Of a stretch of 64,000 nt of DNA, positions 63,701 through 64,000 are shown one piece after another. The notes beneath the pieces are model-generated. The model did no database searches. It saw only the letters and a program-made list of their open reading frames with translations, and was not told the DNA's origin. Both the position numbers and the translations under genes were made by a program. Positions within the stretch are counted from its first letter, which is position 1. Each line of letters opens with the position of its first letter. The DNA is from Sarea resinae. Its lineage: Eukaryota. The stretch covers positions 1 to 64,000 of the forward strand of contig JAPEUD010000001.1 in the NCBI GenBank assembly GCA_026026165.1, written 5' to 3'.

Positions 63701-64000
63701 GCTGTCTCGCCGTAGCTTTCCTTGAGCTCTTTCCCTTGGGGTTAATCGAGTTCGGCGGGGTTCAAGGATCGGGACAGACTTGAATTGTACAGACACGTGT
63801 CCGCAGCATTAGGGTCGATGGTTGCATTGGGTCTGGTCCGTGGCATTGTCTGAGTGTTTGCATTCTCTTCATTCATCTTCTATCGCTGCAGTCGAGTGAT
63901 GCCTCGCGAGAGGGTCGTCGCGGCTCCGCGTGTATTTATATAGACTTTTATTAAAATAAGGGTAGGCAATCGCATCTGGAGGAATGGTGGTGTATAATTC

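Noticed and set aside
1..64000. tRNA or rRNA genes
   Set aside because: No cloverleaf with A/B boxes and no rRNA-like segment recognised by eye; tRNAscan-SE and barrnap would be needed to exclude them formally.

Overview
Eukaryotic DNA from a filamentous ascomycete (Pezizomycotina, judged from short GT-AG introns with CTRAC branch points and from gene content). About 21 protein-coding genes, mostly housekeeping: UTP3/SAS10, TSC10, ERB1, GLE1, SSD1, CPD1, a GPI-anchored Ser/Ala-rich wall protein, MSH5, HSP78, EFB1 (with an intronic snR18/U18-type box C/D snoRNA), EMC5, NOP4, a 66-aa Cys/His microprotein, a cytochrome-b5-like heme/steroid-binding protein, a secreted-type agmatinase/ureohydrolase, a PuuB-like FAD oxidoreductase, a conserved hypothetical protein, MOB2, LEO1, a UBE2S-like E2 and a BGL2/GH17 glucanase. 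The first ~1.2 kb holds a multi-exon Cys-rich pseudogene whose stops all look RIP-generated, beside a perfect hairpin, probably the edge of a mobile element. Other features: microsatellite-dense or TpA-rich islands (8.6-10 kb, 19-22.3 kb, 40.5-42.3 kb) and a cryptic ~75-80 bp degenerate repeat family at two loci 27 kb apart. Exon boundaries were read by eye and no database searches were run. I found no clearly new multi-gene system. The best leads are the repeat family, the RIP pseudogene/element, the alternative MOB2 N-terminus, and Ssd1/Mob2-related regulatory signals.
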